From a virus: a stretch of DNA of 33,936 nucleotides. How positions within the stretch are numbered: position 1 is the first letter of the stretch; each line of letters begins with the position of its first letter. Under the pieces are notes generated by a model. That model was given only the letters and a program-made list of their open reading frames with translations. It ran no database searches and was not told the DNA's origin. Position numbers and translations under genes: made by a program. Below, piece after piece: positions 16,235 through 25,219 of this stretch. The stretch lies in the UHGV virus genome UHGV-0334900. The stretch is one strand, 5' to 3'.

Positions 16235-16516
16235 TTATCGTTGAGCGCGGGCTTCTTCGATGACGAAAGCGGGCAGTTTCCCGGCGGTGAGGGCGTTGCG
16301 GGATTCTTCCACGCGTTTCTGCAAGGATTCCAGGATCATCATATCCCGGATGATGACGCCGAAGGCATGGGAGGGATCGACGCCGGCGGCTTGGGAGGCA
16401 GCAAAGACGCTTTCCTTCAATTCCTGCGCCGCCTGGTTCAGGTTCGGGTTCTTGCTGCATTCTTCGGCGAATTCAATGAAAAGCCGTTCTATTCCGTTTT
16501 GTTGTTGTTTGTTCAT
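16235..16516 (-). CDS. Small acidic protein upstream of the tape-measure gene (tail assembly chaperone-like position)
   Basis: 93 aa, helical and acidic, located between the Ig/BACON tail protein and the TMP as gpG-type chaperones are. No slippery sequence was identified. Confidence 0.3.
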   Translation of the reverse strand: MNKQQQNGIERLFIEFAEECSKNPNLNQAAQELKESVFAASQAAGVDPSHAFGVIIRDMMILESLQKRVEESRNALTAGKLPAFVIEEARAQR

Positions 16517-16530
16517 GATGGATTATTCTG

Positions 16531-18045
16531 TTAAGATGGGTATTCGGTGGAAGTGTAGCGGATGACGAGGGATAATCCGAACGTGCGCCCGGGAGCGTCC
16601 GCCGGCATGGGGTAGATGGCATTTCCGAGGCCGTCAAACGCCTGCGGATTGGCCAGCATGGCATGCTGCTCATAAATGCCGTTCTGGTTTTCCACGACCA
16701 GCTGCCAGTCCGAACGGATTTCCACGCCGGGAGAAAACGTCCATTTCGCGTTTCCGCCCTCTCCGGTGAAAACCGCCTCGCTGCTGGTCGCCAGAAGAGA
16801 GGCAGACCCGTTTTCCACCCGGTAAAGCGTTAACGTGCCGGAATTGGCGCTGGTGGGTTTCGTCGTGATGATTTCCTGCAGCGTCAGTCCCTTTCCTTCG
16901 GGGTTGCCTTCCGGGAAGTCCGGATAAACGTCCGAGGGAATAAACCTCCATGAGGAATAACTCATCGGATTATCCGAGTATTCCCCTCCGGGCGGGGGAA
17001 GCTGATGATTTCGGGTGACCAGTCCTGCCCTCAATACGCGGATTGTCTGTTTTAACCCGGAATCCGCCTGTGTCGCGGAAACGACGACGGAGCCGGCCGC
17101 TCCTTCATTGGGTGCCGCGGTTAACGTGAAGGACCCGTTATTTCCGTTCGTGATATCGGAGATGACAACGGAAGAGCTGGGAGAATTGGGCGTCCAGTCA
17201 ACGCTGACTTCCCCCGGGTCATAATAGGAAGTCACCTGGACCTGGTAGCTTCCGCCAGTAACGGGAACCTGTACCTGGGTTGGAGCAAGGTTGAAGGAGT
17301 AAGAGGGTTGAAGCTGACGAAATTCAACCTCAACAGTCTGTCCTGTTCCGTCCTGAATGACCTGGAGCGACATGGTCCTGTCCTGGTCTCCTTCATTGGC
17401 CGCGACGATAACCTTAAATGTCCCGTTGTTGCCGTTGACGATATCGGAAACGGTTAATCCTTCGGAAACGTCGGCAATCTGCCACCCCTGCCCTACCGGT
17501 CCAGGGCTGAACGACGATTCCACATTAATGGTGTATTCGCCTCCCTTGACGGGAACGTCGAAAGAAGAGGGCGTCACGCTGAATATCCAGTTGGAATTGT
17601 CCGGGGTCCGGTCGGTGACCGTCATGGTCAGCGTGACCAGCAGGCACAGATAGCCGTCTTCGGGAGACGGCGGAGGAACAAAGTTCTCCGTCTCAAACTG
17701 GTAGCCGGTGATGACGGCGGCAAAACGCCATTGCGGCTGGTCGGCAAATTGCAGGTACAGATACCCGTTCTGGTTGCTGGCCAGCCACAGGGCAAGATTC
17801 TCCTGCCAGGAGGCCATATCCTGATAATCCGTGAACCAGCGGTAAAACGCGATGGTGCGCTGCTCCACGGCGCTTCCCAGCCCCTGCGCGAACGCTCGCG
17901 GTCCGTCTACCAGCGACGTTTCAAATGCCTCCATGGATCCGCCGAAGCGGGGAGGCTCCGGCGTATCGTCCCAGAGGTTGAGCAGCTGGATCTGGTTGCC
18001 GGCGGCGGAAACGTAGCGCGCTGCGTAGGGGGCCTGGTAGGTCAT
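16531..18045 (-). CDS. Tail protein with two tandem Ig-like/BACON-like domains (candidate major tail or tail-decoration protein)
   Basis: Two about 90-aa repeats with the BACON/Big signature: V(P)V.GG.Y...V.S......W......S..I.NGNNG.F.V...AN.G..R......, in residues about 150-330. Distinct N- and C-terminal domains. Confidence 0.5.
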   Translation of the reverse strand: MTYQAPYAARYVSAAGNQIQLLNLWDDTPEPPRFGGSMEAFETSLVDGPRAFAQGLGSAVEQRTIAFYRWFTDYQDMASWQENLALWLASNQNGYLYLQFADQPQWRFAAVITGYQFETENFVPPPSPEDGYLCLLVTLTMTVTDRTPDNSNWIFSVTPSSFDVPVKGGEYTINVESSFSPGPVGQGWQIADVSEGLTVSDIVNGNNGTFKVIVAANEGDQDRTMSLQVIQDGTGQTVEVEFRQLQPSYSFNLAPTQVQVPVTGGSYQVQVTSYYDPGEVSVDWTPNSPSSSVVISDITNGNNGSFTLTAAPNEGAAGSVVVSATQADSGLKQTIRVLRAGLVTRNHQLPPPGGEYSDNPMSYSSWRFIPSDVYPDFPEGNPEGKGLTLQEIITTKPTSANSGTLTLYRVENGSASLLATSSEAVFTGEGGNAKWTFSPGVEIRSDWQLVVENQNGIYEQHAMLANPQAFDGLGNAIYPMPADAPGRTFGLSLVIRYTSTEYPS

Positions 18046-18051
18046 GGGCGG

Positions 18052-18587
18052 TTACTGGTTGAGGTAGTCCTTCACCCCTTCCGCAATGGCTTCGGCAATG
18101 CGGAAGGGATGGTCCTTCAAGATAGAGGCGTTTTCAGGATTGGTGATGAAGCCGCATTCGCACAGCACCCACGGGCAGCGGGTCTTTTTCAGGACGGCCA
18201 GTCCCGGGCGCGACTGCACAGTGTTGGCCCGTCCGGGCAGCAACCGGGAAAGAGGTTCCGCGATGCATATGGCAAGCCGGCTCCCTTTGACGCTTCCCGG
18301 GTAGAAACATACATGGGCGCCATGAGCCTGGGGATTGTCGGACGAATCGCAATGCAATGAAATTCCGAAGTCATAGCCTCCTTCGTTGGAGGCCTTGATG
18401 GTAGCGTTCAAGTCCTGGGCATTGGTCATCTTCGGGTAATCAATCACATCCACCCTGGCTCCCAGCCGTTCCAGCATGGGGGCGAGGCGTTCCGCGATCG
18501 TCGCCGCGACGGCGTGTTCTTCAAGCCCGTTCCCGCGGGTTCCAGTGTTGTTGGCGTGGCCTATATCAATGGCTATTTTCCTGATTA
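18052..18587 (-). CDS. N-acetylmuramoyl-L-alanine amidase (Amidase_3) endolysin. The true start lies upstream of the track ATG at 18477
   Basis: Conserved IAIDIGHANNTGTRGNGLEEHAVAATIAERLAP, containing the first zinc-ligand His, is encoded in frame at 18575-18478. An AAAGGAGA Shine-Dalgarno sits at 18595-18588. There is no ATG/GTG/TTG between the TAA at 18596-18594 and 18477; ATA 18587, ATC 18584 or ATA 18575 are the only candidates. The downstream part has the ISLHCDSS and GFITN Amidase_3 blocks. Confidence 0.7.
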
Positions 18588-18796
18588 TTCTCCTTTAATG
18601 GTTGATTGTTAATATGATTGAACTTGTAAGAAAAACTTTACAGTTGGTCAGTAGTCCGCTCATCGGACGAACACAAGGCTAGCAATGGGGAAGCAGAACG
18701 CGGCAATGCCCGCCGCCGTGTCTCCGCAAGCGGCAAAAACGCCGGCCATCACGCACCCCATCAGCGGCAAAAGAACGGAAGGATTCAGCAGCTTAT

Positions 18797-19093
18797 TCAC
18801 TTTTCCAGTTTCTTTTCTATGTTTTCGATTCGGACGGCAAGCAGTTGGATCGCCTTGGCGGTCTCCACCTGGGCTTGTGTCTGCATGGTCATCAAATCAC
18901 AAAGGCGGTCATTGTGGTGACCCATGACGTCCCCGATGTACCAGCAGGCAGCGCCGCAAATGGCCAGCGAGAGCATGACGCAGGCCCAGGCGGGGAAAGC
19001 CTTGGCGAAGTCGAAGAAACGGGCCGGTACTTCGGAGAGCTTACACATGGTCTTATTTCTTGGAGGGGATGACCTGCACGACGGGCGGAACAT
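18797..19093 (-). CDS. Single-TM protein with C-terminal coiled coil (class-III-holin-like or i-spanin-like); likely starts at internal ATG 19048
   Basis: FAKAFPAWACVMLSLAICGAACWYIGDV TM helix followed by the helical segment QTQAQVETAKAIQLLAVRIENIEKKLEK. It overlaps the upstream gene in another frame and lies just upstream of the endolysin. Confidence 0.4.
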   Translation of the reverse strand: MFRPSCRSSPPRNKTMCKLSEVPARFFDFAKAFPAWACVMLSLAICGAACWYIGDVMGHHNDRLCDLMTMQTQAQVETAKAIQLLAVRIENIEKKLEK

Positions 19094-19337
19094 CCGTTTC
19101 CGGCTGGGCCTGACTGTAGGAGATATGCCCCGGTTCCAGCACCAGGCAGGAGCCGTCCTTGCATACCACCGTCTTTTCCGGCGTCACGTCCACGGAATGA
19201 CCGCAGCCAGTCACGGTGATATAGCCAGCAGCGGCCAACGCCCCGATAATGGCACCGATGACGTACTTGACCCAATTCCCCCAGCGGGCGGATGCCGCCT
19301 GCTGGGCCTTTTCAATGTCTTGTTTATTGATGTTCAT
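19053..19337 (-). CDS. Small membrane/lipoprotein-like lysis-cassette protein (holin/antiholin or o-spanin-like)
   Basis: Hydrophobic WVKYVIGAIIGALAAAGYITVTG-C ends in a lipobox-like VTGC. 94 aa. Its 3' end overlaps the next gene by 41 nt out of frame, a Rz/Rz1-style arrangement. Confidence 0.35.
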   Translation of the reverse strand: MNINKQDIEKAQQAASARWGNWVKYVIGAIIGALAAAGYITVTGCGHSVDVTPEKTVVCKDGSCLVLEPGHISYSQAQPETDVPPVVQVIPSKK

Positions 19338-19340
19338 GGT

Positions 19341-19745
19341 TTATTGTTTAGTGAAATGCTTGAAAAACTCCACGGCGGCGGGTTCCGTGATGATAAAAGC
19401 CGGGTAGTCCGAGGCTGTAAAAATCCTGCGACCTTTTGTCTCCGCATGGACGGCTTCAACAGTCAAAGACACTGCATCAATCAGTGTATAGGTTCCGTCT
19501 TCCGCAAGGGTCAGGGCATTTTTCCCCAGCCTTGCCCACACCTGAACAGCCTGCCACGGCTCCGACAATCCCACCAGCGCGGCAACGACGGCCTGCATGG
19601 CCGGTGCCTGCTCCGCTGGTATCTCGTCCTGATTAAAGCGGGCCGGAGGTCTATAACCGCCCTTGTCCTGATAAATGGGCGTCAGGGTGAATTCATCCCA
19701 CTGTCCCGGCTGGGGGAACTGAATCTGTATCTCTGCATTATTCAT
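19341..19745 (-). CDS. Hypothetical protein downstream of the tail fibre (candidate fibre assembly chaperone)
   Basis: 134 aa. Start overlaps the tail-fibre stop (ATGA coupling at 19742-19745). Confidence 0.3.
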   Translation of the reverse strand: MNNAEIQIQFPQPGQWDEFTLTPIYQDKGGYRPPARFNQDEIPAEQAPAMQAVVAALVGLSEPWQAVQVWARLGKNALTLAEDGTYTLIDAVSLTVEAVHAETKGRRIFTASDYPAFIITEPAAVEFFKHFTKQ

Positions 19746-21682
19746 GATTCTAAAGGCACGTTAATATCTTCAAAAGCCGCGGTTGCTTCGGATTCAACAG
19801 CATTGGTTCCTATCGCGTCCAACCCGTAGAAAACCGGGTTGATATTCCCCGGCTGATAGTAGGCATATTCGCCGGGCCCGGCGTAAACCGAAGCCGTTCC
19901 GCTGGTGGTGTTGATCACGTCCGTCACCCACCTGGAAACGCCGACGCCGATCTCAAAATTGGAGACGCCGCGGCAGGTGGCGATTTTGTACAGGTTATTG
20001 GTTTGCCCTCCCGTGACCATCAGCCATAGGCCTCCCAGGTTTTCATAAACGCTGCTGTTGGCAACCGTCTGCTGCTGGTAAATAATCTTGAAGACCGTCC
20101 ACGGTATGGGCTCGTTCTGCGTCGCGGGAATAAAGCTGGTCGTCGTCTTGACCTGCCACCCATCCGTGGAGTTGAGTGCGTAAATCTCACGTACGCGCAC
20201 CGTATAGCCGTTGCGGGCCGTGTCTCTCACATTGTCAAAGGTGATGTCCAGAATCTCTCCGGAATTAAAGGCCAGGTCATTCCCCGGAATGATCGTGTAG
20301 GAATCCGTGGTGAGGTCCGTCCTGATTGTTTTCGCCCCGCGCCCGATGCCCATCGTCACCTTCGCGGCTGCAGTGGCTCTCCAGACAAACGAAAAGCCGG
20401 CCCATGAAGAATAATTCCATTGGGAAGAGTGGCCTTCAAAGGGAGCCTGAATGGTGGTGTGAGCTCCCGAGGGAATACCGATGCGGGCCATCTGCCAGGG
20501 AACCGTTTTAGTAATTGTCGCCGTCCCGGTCGTGGACAGGGAGTCCGTATTCAGAAATGCGCCGGCCGTATAAATATTGGCCGCGCCTCCCATTCCTGCG
20601 GCATAAAGCCGGTTGACGCCGGATTCGCTGGTGGGAGCGCCCACAGCCAGCGGGACATTGATCCCGCCATTGGCGTTGACGGTGCTTGAAAACGTGGACG
20701 CCCCCGCGCAGTTGAAGCTGGCGCCCTGGGAAATATTCAGGATGCCGGTCTCTACCATGAATGTCCCCCGCAACCATCCGCCGTTCCTCACATCAAGGGA
20801 CTGCCAAAATCGCGTGATGCCATAAAACTGATTACCAGTCCCCGCGCTAATGGTTCCATCTGGCCGCCCTGCGATAAGTGGTCCGTTAATGGTAGCCGAT
20901 TCAGCGGTCAGGGCGCCTCCGATGTTGACGTCTCCGACGTTGGACGTCAGCGTCCCGGGCTCTCCCTTTTCCCCTTGCGGTCCCTGGGGTCCTTCCGGAC
21001 CTTCCGGGCCCTGGGGGCCCTCCGGGCCTTGAGGCCCCGCCGGTCCTGTATCTCCCTTCGGTCCCTGCTCCCCGGTTTCGCCCTGCGGCCCGCGTTCCCC
21101 GGTTTCGCCGCGTGGACCTTGCGGCCCTTCGGGGCCGGTTTCTCCACGTTCACCCTGCGGGCCTGACGGTCCCTGAGGACCAACATCCCCGCGGGGAATC
21201 GTGAAATTGAGCAGATAGTATCCCACTTCGGACCCCTTGACGGCTTCCGCGTTGGCGGGCGTCCCCGGTTCCCCGGTGGTGACCTGACCCACGGACAGAT
21301 TAAAATTCTCGGCGTACTTTTTGGCCTGCTCCGCGTACCAGGCGGCGCTGGACGCGTTGTCAAGCATGACCTGCACGCAGCCGCTTCCTTCCGGAAGCTG
21401 CACGACGACCGCGCCCGCCACGGCCTGCTGTTCGTCCGGCAAGTCCGGCGTCACCCGGCCCGAAGAAACAAAGCGTCCGTAGAGGAGCGGGCTTTCCTCG
21501 CTGCCGTCGTCCATGAAAACGTCATAGGACCACATGCCCGCGGGAACCGAAGCCCAGGAAATTACGCCGTTGCCCTCGTCATCGCGTGAAAAGCCGAACT
21601 CGGCGACGCCTGTCTTGAGACGGACAGCTCCGCGCAGGGTGACGCCGCTCATATCGACGGGATCGCCCTGAAAATCCACCAC
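19742..21682 (-). CDS. Tail fibre protein with collagen-like triple-helix repeat region
   Basis: About 26 uninterrupted G-X-Y triplets ([76 protein letters not shown]) at residues about 166-243, which corresponds to 20954-21187. N-terminal virion-attachment region and a 400-aa beta-rich C-terminal receptor-binding-like region. Confidence 0.7.
   Translation of the reverse strand: MVDFQGDPVDMSGVTLRGAVRLKTGVAEFGFSRDDEGNGVISWASVPAGMWSYDVFMDDGSEESPLLYGRFVSSGRVTPDLPDEQQAVAGAVVVQLPEGSGCVQVMLDNASSAAWYAEQAKKYAENFNLSVGQVTTGEPGTPANAEAVKGSEVGYYLLNFTIPRGDVGPQGPSGPQGERGETGPEGPQGPRGETGERGPQGETGEQGPKGDTGPAGPQGPEGPQGPEGPEGPQGPQGEKGEPGTLTSNVGDVNIGGALTAESATINGPLIAGRPDGTISAGTGNQFYGITRFWQSLDVRNGGWLRGTFMVETGILNISQGASFNCAGASTFSSTVNANGGINVPLAVGAPTSESGVNRLYAAGMGGAANIYTAGAFLNTDSLSTTGTATITKTVPWQMARIGIPSGAHTTIQAPFEGHSSQWNYSSWAGFSFVWRATAAAKVTMGIGRGAKTIRTDLTTDSYTIIPGNDLAFNSGEILDITFDNVRDTARNGYTVRVREIYALNSTDGWQVKTTTSFIPATQNEPIPWTVFKIIYQQQTVANSSVYENLGGLWLMVTGGQTNNLYKIATCRGVSNFEIGVGVSRWVTDVINTTSGTASVYAGPGEYAYYQPGNINPVFYGLDAIGTNAVESEATAAFEDINVPLES
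20954..21187. repeat. GC-rich (GGNCCN)n collagen-triplet DNA repeat within the tail fibre gene
   Basis: Visible periodicity of cccttgcgg/ccctggggg/ccttccgg units. It is coding, not a CRISPR array. Confidence 0.6.
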
Positions 21683-21796
21683 GCGGACGACCAGCGACTG
21701 GTTCAGCCCCGTGACGGTCCGGATATCGTATTTGCCTGCCTGCTGCCTGGGAAAAAAGAGGATGCGGGGGCGCAGCGCGCCCCCTGGTGAAACGCG

Positions 21797-22354
21797 TCAG
21801 GAACCCGGAGTCGGCGTCACGTCCTGCACATTGGAGGGCGTGAACTGGTACTTGCCGCGGTAATCCATTTCGAACTCGAACTGTGGTGAAGCAATCGCCG
21901 TGGTGTGCTCAGGGTCCTGCAGCAGGCGCAAGGCGCCATGCGCCGTTCCGACCAGATAGATCGTGCCGACGTCGTTTTGGTACCAGAAATGAAGATACCC
22001 TTCGATCTTGTTGTCGCCGCCATGTCCGACGGTGGTCGATTCCTCGCCATTAGCGGGAGGCGCTCCCAGGGCGAAAGACAGCTGGAACCATTCGGGAGAC
22101 ATGTCCGGCGTGGTGAAGGTCATCCGCTTTCCGGTCGTCGTGTTCTTGCGCTGCTGGCGATATCCCAGCGCGCCGCCGTAAAAGCGCGTCACTTCCCCTT
22201 CGACCTGGGTGGCAACGGATTGGAAAGCCCCCAAAAGCCCGAAACTCACCCAGGGCTGTTCAGGCCCGGCGGTCGGATCCGTTGGCGGAGACGTCGGAGG
22301 CGTCGGAAACTGGTCCGGCCCGGTGACGTAAGAAGCTCCCTCGTCTTCGGTCAC
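21797..22354 (-). CDS. Phage structural (tail) protein; the reading frame remains open 48 codons upstream of the GTG start
   Basis: 185 aa from GTG at 22354. The same frame is open to TAA at 22501-22499 with no ATG/GTG/TTG. Pro/Thr-rich N-terminal linker followed by a beta-rich domain. Confidence 0.4.
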   Translation of the reverse strand: MTEDEGASYVTGPDQFPTPPTSPPTDPTAGPEQPWVSFGLLGAFQSVATQVEGEVTRFYGGALGYRQQRKNTTTGKRMTFTTPDMSPEWFQLSFALGAPPANGEESTTVGHGGDNKIEGYLHFWYQNDVGTIYLVGTAHGALRLLQDPEHTTAIASPQFEFEMDYRGKYQFTPSNVQDVTPTPGS

Positions 22355-22461
22355 CTTGATGCCGTCGGGGAGGAAAATAGCCAGAACGCCGGTAATCTGC
22401 GGCGTTACGTTGCGGTTGGTAAAGGTGGGATCGTATGTAGTAGCCCTGATGCTTGAAGCGG

Positions 22462-22659
22462 TTAGTAGATGATTGTTGCCTTGCCGTCGGCTTCCAGCTT
22501 ATCGGCGAGTTCTTTCGTAACACGAATATGCGCTCCTTTCAAGAACGTTGAGCGCCCTATCCTCACTTCTTTGGCGAGAATGAGGATGTTCGTGTTGATG
22601 ACGGCGGCCTGCTCCGTCTTCTTTTCCGGTTCGGTGTTGGCTGCAGCTGCTTTGCTCAT
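22462..22659 (-). CDS. Small hypothetical structural-module protein
   Basis: 65 aa, 4-nt overlap with the upstream gene, same operon. Confidence 0.3.
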   Translation of the reverse strand: MSKAAAANTEPEKKTEQAAVINTNILILAKEVRIGRSTFLKGAHIRVTKELADKLEADGKATIIY

Positions 22660-22922
22660 TTGATGTCAACGAGGTTAAGGGTGGACAGAGCTTCCGCGAC
22701 GTTCGCGGGAAGTTCCGGGGTATCGGTTTTCATGGAGAGGCTGAGAACCAGCCCTCCGTCCAGTTCGGCGCGGGTGCGAATGACCCGCACGGCCTTCTTG
22801 TCAGTTGTTTTCTTCTTTTCGTCCGGTGCGGACGGCGTTTTGCCGGCGGTTTCGGAAGATTCGTCCGGCTTCGGGGCGCTCTTCCGCACGGCCTTCTTGT
22901 CAGTTGTTGATGCTTTGTTCAT
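22656..22922 (-). CDS. Small Lys/Thr/Asp-rich protein with internal duplication
   Basis: Contains the repeat TTDKKAVR twice, encoded by an exact 25-bp direct repeat (22785-22809 and 22884-22908), in frame and 99 bp apart. Confidence 0.35.
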   Translation of the reverse strand: MNKASTTDKKAVRKSAPKPDESSETAGKTPSAPDEKKKTTDKKAVRVIRTRAELDGGLVLSLSMKTDTPELPANVAEALSTLNLVDIK

Positions 22923-23430
22923 AGAATTCTGGCTTGGTTCTCATGTTAATATTAACCGGGACACGGTAATCCACGGTCAAAACGTTCATTTGCCGCTTCT
23001 CGCCGTCAATGATGGCGGAGGAGGAAAAACGGCCTTTGATTTTGGGTTTCATCATCGCCGGTGCGGAAAAGGGAAGAGGATTCCAGTTCCACAGGGCTTC
23101 TTCAATCACGTCCCCCACCGCCCGAAGATAATAATCAGGCGTCAGGCATGCCGCCGGGAACAGGGATGCGTTGTGATAAATGGAGGCGATGATGAAATAC
23201 TGACGCCACATCGTCGGCGCTTCCGTTTGTCCGTGCCCGTCCTGGTATTCTGCCGCGTCCCCGGGGCACACCAAAACGACGCCGTTGTTGCCCATCGCCG
23301 ACATGATGATGTCATTGGCGGCGTACTGTGGGTCGAAGGGCCGTTCGAAGATGTGGCAGTTCAGCGCTCCCAGGTTCTTCAGGCGCTCAATGATGCGCCG
23401 GCACATGGTCTGGTCGATGGAGGGGATCAT
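22900..23430 (-). CDS. Phage neck/tail structural protein (track ORF trimmed to the ATGA-coupled internal ATG at 23430)
   Basis: ATG at 23430-23428 overlaps the TGA of the upstream gene. The 35 codons further upstream in the track ORF overlap the previous CDS. Confidence 0.4.
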   Translation of the reverse strand: MIPSIDQTMCRRIIERLKNLGALNCHIFERPFDPQYAANDIIMSAMGNNGVVLVCPGDAAEYQDGHGQTEAPTMWRQYFIIASIYHNASLFPAACLTPDYYLRAVGDVIEEALWNWNPLPFSAPAMMKPKIKGRFSSSAIIDGEKRQMNVLTVDYRVPVNINMRTKPEFYEQSINN

Positions 23431-24092
23431 GGTTCGTTTCCGATGTTGGCAAGGTAGGTTTCCGCGGCGCGCTGCGCCATCCGGTCCATCGTCGGGAGAA
23501 TTCCCGGCGTGGGCGGGATCGTGACTTCGCGGCACAGCACGTAGAGCACGTCGCCCGTTCCGGCTCCCTGCCGGAACAGCTTGCGGGCCGCTTTCTTTCC
23601 GGTGGCTGATTGCGCCGTCTTGAGGATAAGGACGCCGGTCACATTGCCGTTGCGTCCTCCGTTCTTGGAGGGGATGAATTGCAAGTCCTCTTTGCGGAAG
23701 CCGGCGCTGTAAATGCTCCGGGCTCCGCCATGGCCGCGGGGTGCGTTGATGGTGGGGATGGCCAGGTTACGGATCGGGTTCCCGGTGATTTCCGAGGTGC
23801 GCCCCGTGGGGCGAAGCGGCCCGCCCAGATAACCCTGCGTGCCGATCCAGTGAAGACCGATGCCGCGCCAGGCGATGGAGACGCTGACGCCCTCGGCGGT
23901 TTCTTCCATGGTCGTGGCGTCCGCCGCGCCGTCGTAGTAGTCCTTGCCCTGCTGGCGCAGGGTTTCCTGGATGAGCAGGCTCAAGGCGACGCCGGACTTG
24001 CGGAGGGCGGTTTTGTGCCGGGCCGCGGACGGCTCCATGTCGGCAAACGCCCGGTCAATCTCGGACTGGTCGATGTGGACGGTTACAGCCAT
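23427..24092 (-). CDS. Phage virion morphogenesis / tail-completion-like protein
   Basis: 221 aa, position after the head-tail joining genes. Weak resemblance to Mu gpG-type morphogenesis proteins (the NLAIPTINAPRGHGG block). Confidence 0.3.
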   Translation of the reverse strand: MAVTVHIDQSEIDRAFADMEPSAARHKTALRKSGVALSLLIQETLRQQGKDYYDGAADATTMEETAEGVSVSIAWRGIGLHWIGTQGYLGGPLRPTGRTSEITGNPIRNLAIPTINAPRGHGGARSIYSAGFRKEDLQFIPSKNGGRNGNVTGVLILKTAQSATGKKAARKLFRQGAGTGDVLYVLCREVTIPPTPGILPTMDRMAQRAAETYLANIGNEP

Positions 24093-25219
24093 TTGGAGGG
24101 TAAAACGTAAGGGGTGAGCAGTTCCACGCGGAGGGCTCCGGCGACGTCTTCCACTTTCTTGACGTGCCCGGAATTAAGGCGCCAGGTGAATTCCCCCTCT
24201 TCCTTTGGGGAAACGGGGATATACTGGCGGGAGGACGCGGCGGCCACGTCCGCGGGCCGGGCGTACCAGACGCCTTCCGGCTCGGAGAACAGGCGGTCCA
24301 GCAGGCGGTCCAGGTAGAGGGCTGCCAGCGTTCCGGCCACGGTTCCCCCGGCTGCCGCCAGTCGGAAGGCCTGGGCCTGCCGCAAGGGGATCTCTTCCGG
24401 GAAATCCCCGGACAGGACGTCCGCCAGTTCCGCGTCCGTATAATGGCGCGTTCCGTTCGGGTCGGTGTAGGCAAAGGTGGTATTGCCGTCGTTCCCGGTC
24501 TTGACGCGCACGGCGTCTTTCAGGATGCGGCGGATCTTGTTCCTGTTGGATTCCGTCACGCCTTTGGCATTGCTTTCCAAGGTGGCGTTGAAGCTGGCGG
24601 GAGCGGGACGGACGCGCGACACGTCCAGCCCCGCCGCGCGGGCTTCTTCGGCGCCCACGGGGGCAATGTTCATGCCGGACAGGTAGTCAAAGGGCGGGTA
24701 AGGCGTGCCGAACCGCGAAAGGCGGATCCAGATATCGGAAGCCGCCAGCGCATAGCCGACGATCTCGCCGCGGATGAAGCCGGATGATACCGCTTCCGTG
24801 GCTTCTTCTTCCAGCCCGGCCCGGGCACGGTTCCAGCGTTCGGCCCAGTAGCGAGGGTCTTCCCGCCCCTGGGAGCGGTAAAATTTGAAGGCGGCCGTGT
24901 CGTCGTCCATCGTCCAGTTGTACCAGTTCCGGTAGCCGTGGGCCATGGCCGCGTTGGTTTCCATAACGACCTGGATGCGGACCCAGGAGGACAAATCCTG
25001 AATGCCTCCCTGCCCCGTCGCCGGGGGGCGGTAGCCCTGCTGGCGTAGGGTTTCGCGGATGGCGCGCTGCGCTTCCTCGTAGCTCAAGGCTCCCGAGGCG
25101 ACCTGGGACGCCTTGTCCTCAAAATCGGACAGGATGACGCCGGGTTCCACCCCGGACACGAAGAAGGCGCGTTCGGCGTAGTCGTTGGCAATCATCTCCA
25201 TTTGGGCGGCGGTCATCAT
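24083..25219 (-). CDS. Phage structural protein, 379 aa (track ORF trimmed to the internal ATG at 25219, coupled by ATGA to the DUF1320 gene)
   Basis: ATG at 25219-25217 overlaps the TGA (25218-25216) of 25216..25692. The 73-codon N-terminal extension in the track overlaps that gene. Confidence 0.4.
   Translation of the reverse strand: MMTAAQMEMIANDYAERAFFVSGVEPGVILSDFEDKASQVASGALSYEEAQRAIRETLRQQGYRPPATGQGGIQDLSSWVRIQVVMETNAAMAHGYRNWYNWTMDDDTAAFKFYRSQGREDPRYWAERWNRARAGLEEEATEAVSSGFIRGEIVGYALAASDIWIRLSRFGTPYPPFDYLSGMNIAPVGAEEARAAGLDVSRVRPAPASFNATLESNAKGVTESNRNKIRRILKDAVRVKTGNDGNTTFAYTDPNGTRHYTDAELADVLSGDFPEEIPLRQAQAFRLAAAGGTVAGTLAALYLDRLLDRLFSEPEGVWYARPADVAAASSRQYIPVSPKEEGEFTWRLNSGHVKKVEDVAGALRVELLTPYVLPSKWL

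Noticed and set aside
20954-21187. Periodic GC-rich repeats that could be mistaken for a repeat array such as CRISPR
   Set aside because: The periodicity is 9 bp, G-X-Y codon triplets inside a long ORF, with no spacer/repeat structure. It is a collagen-like coding repeat.
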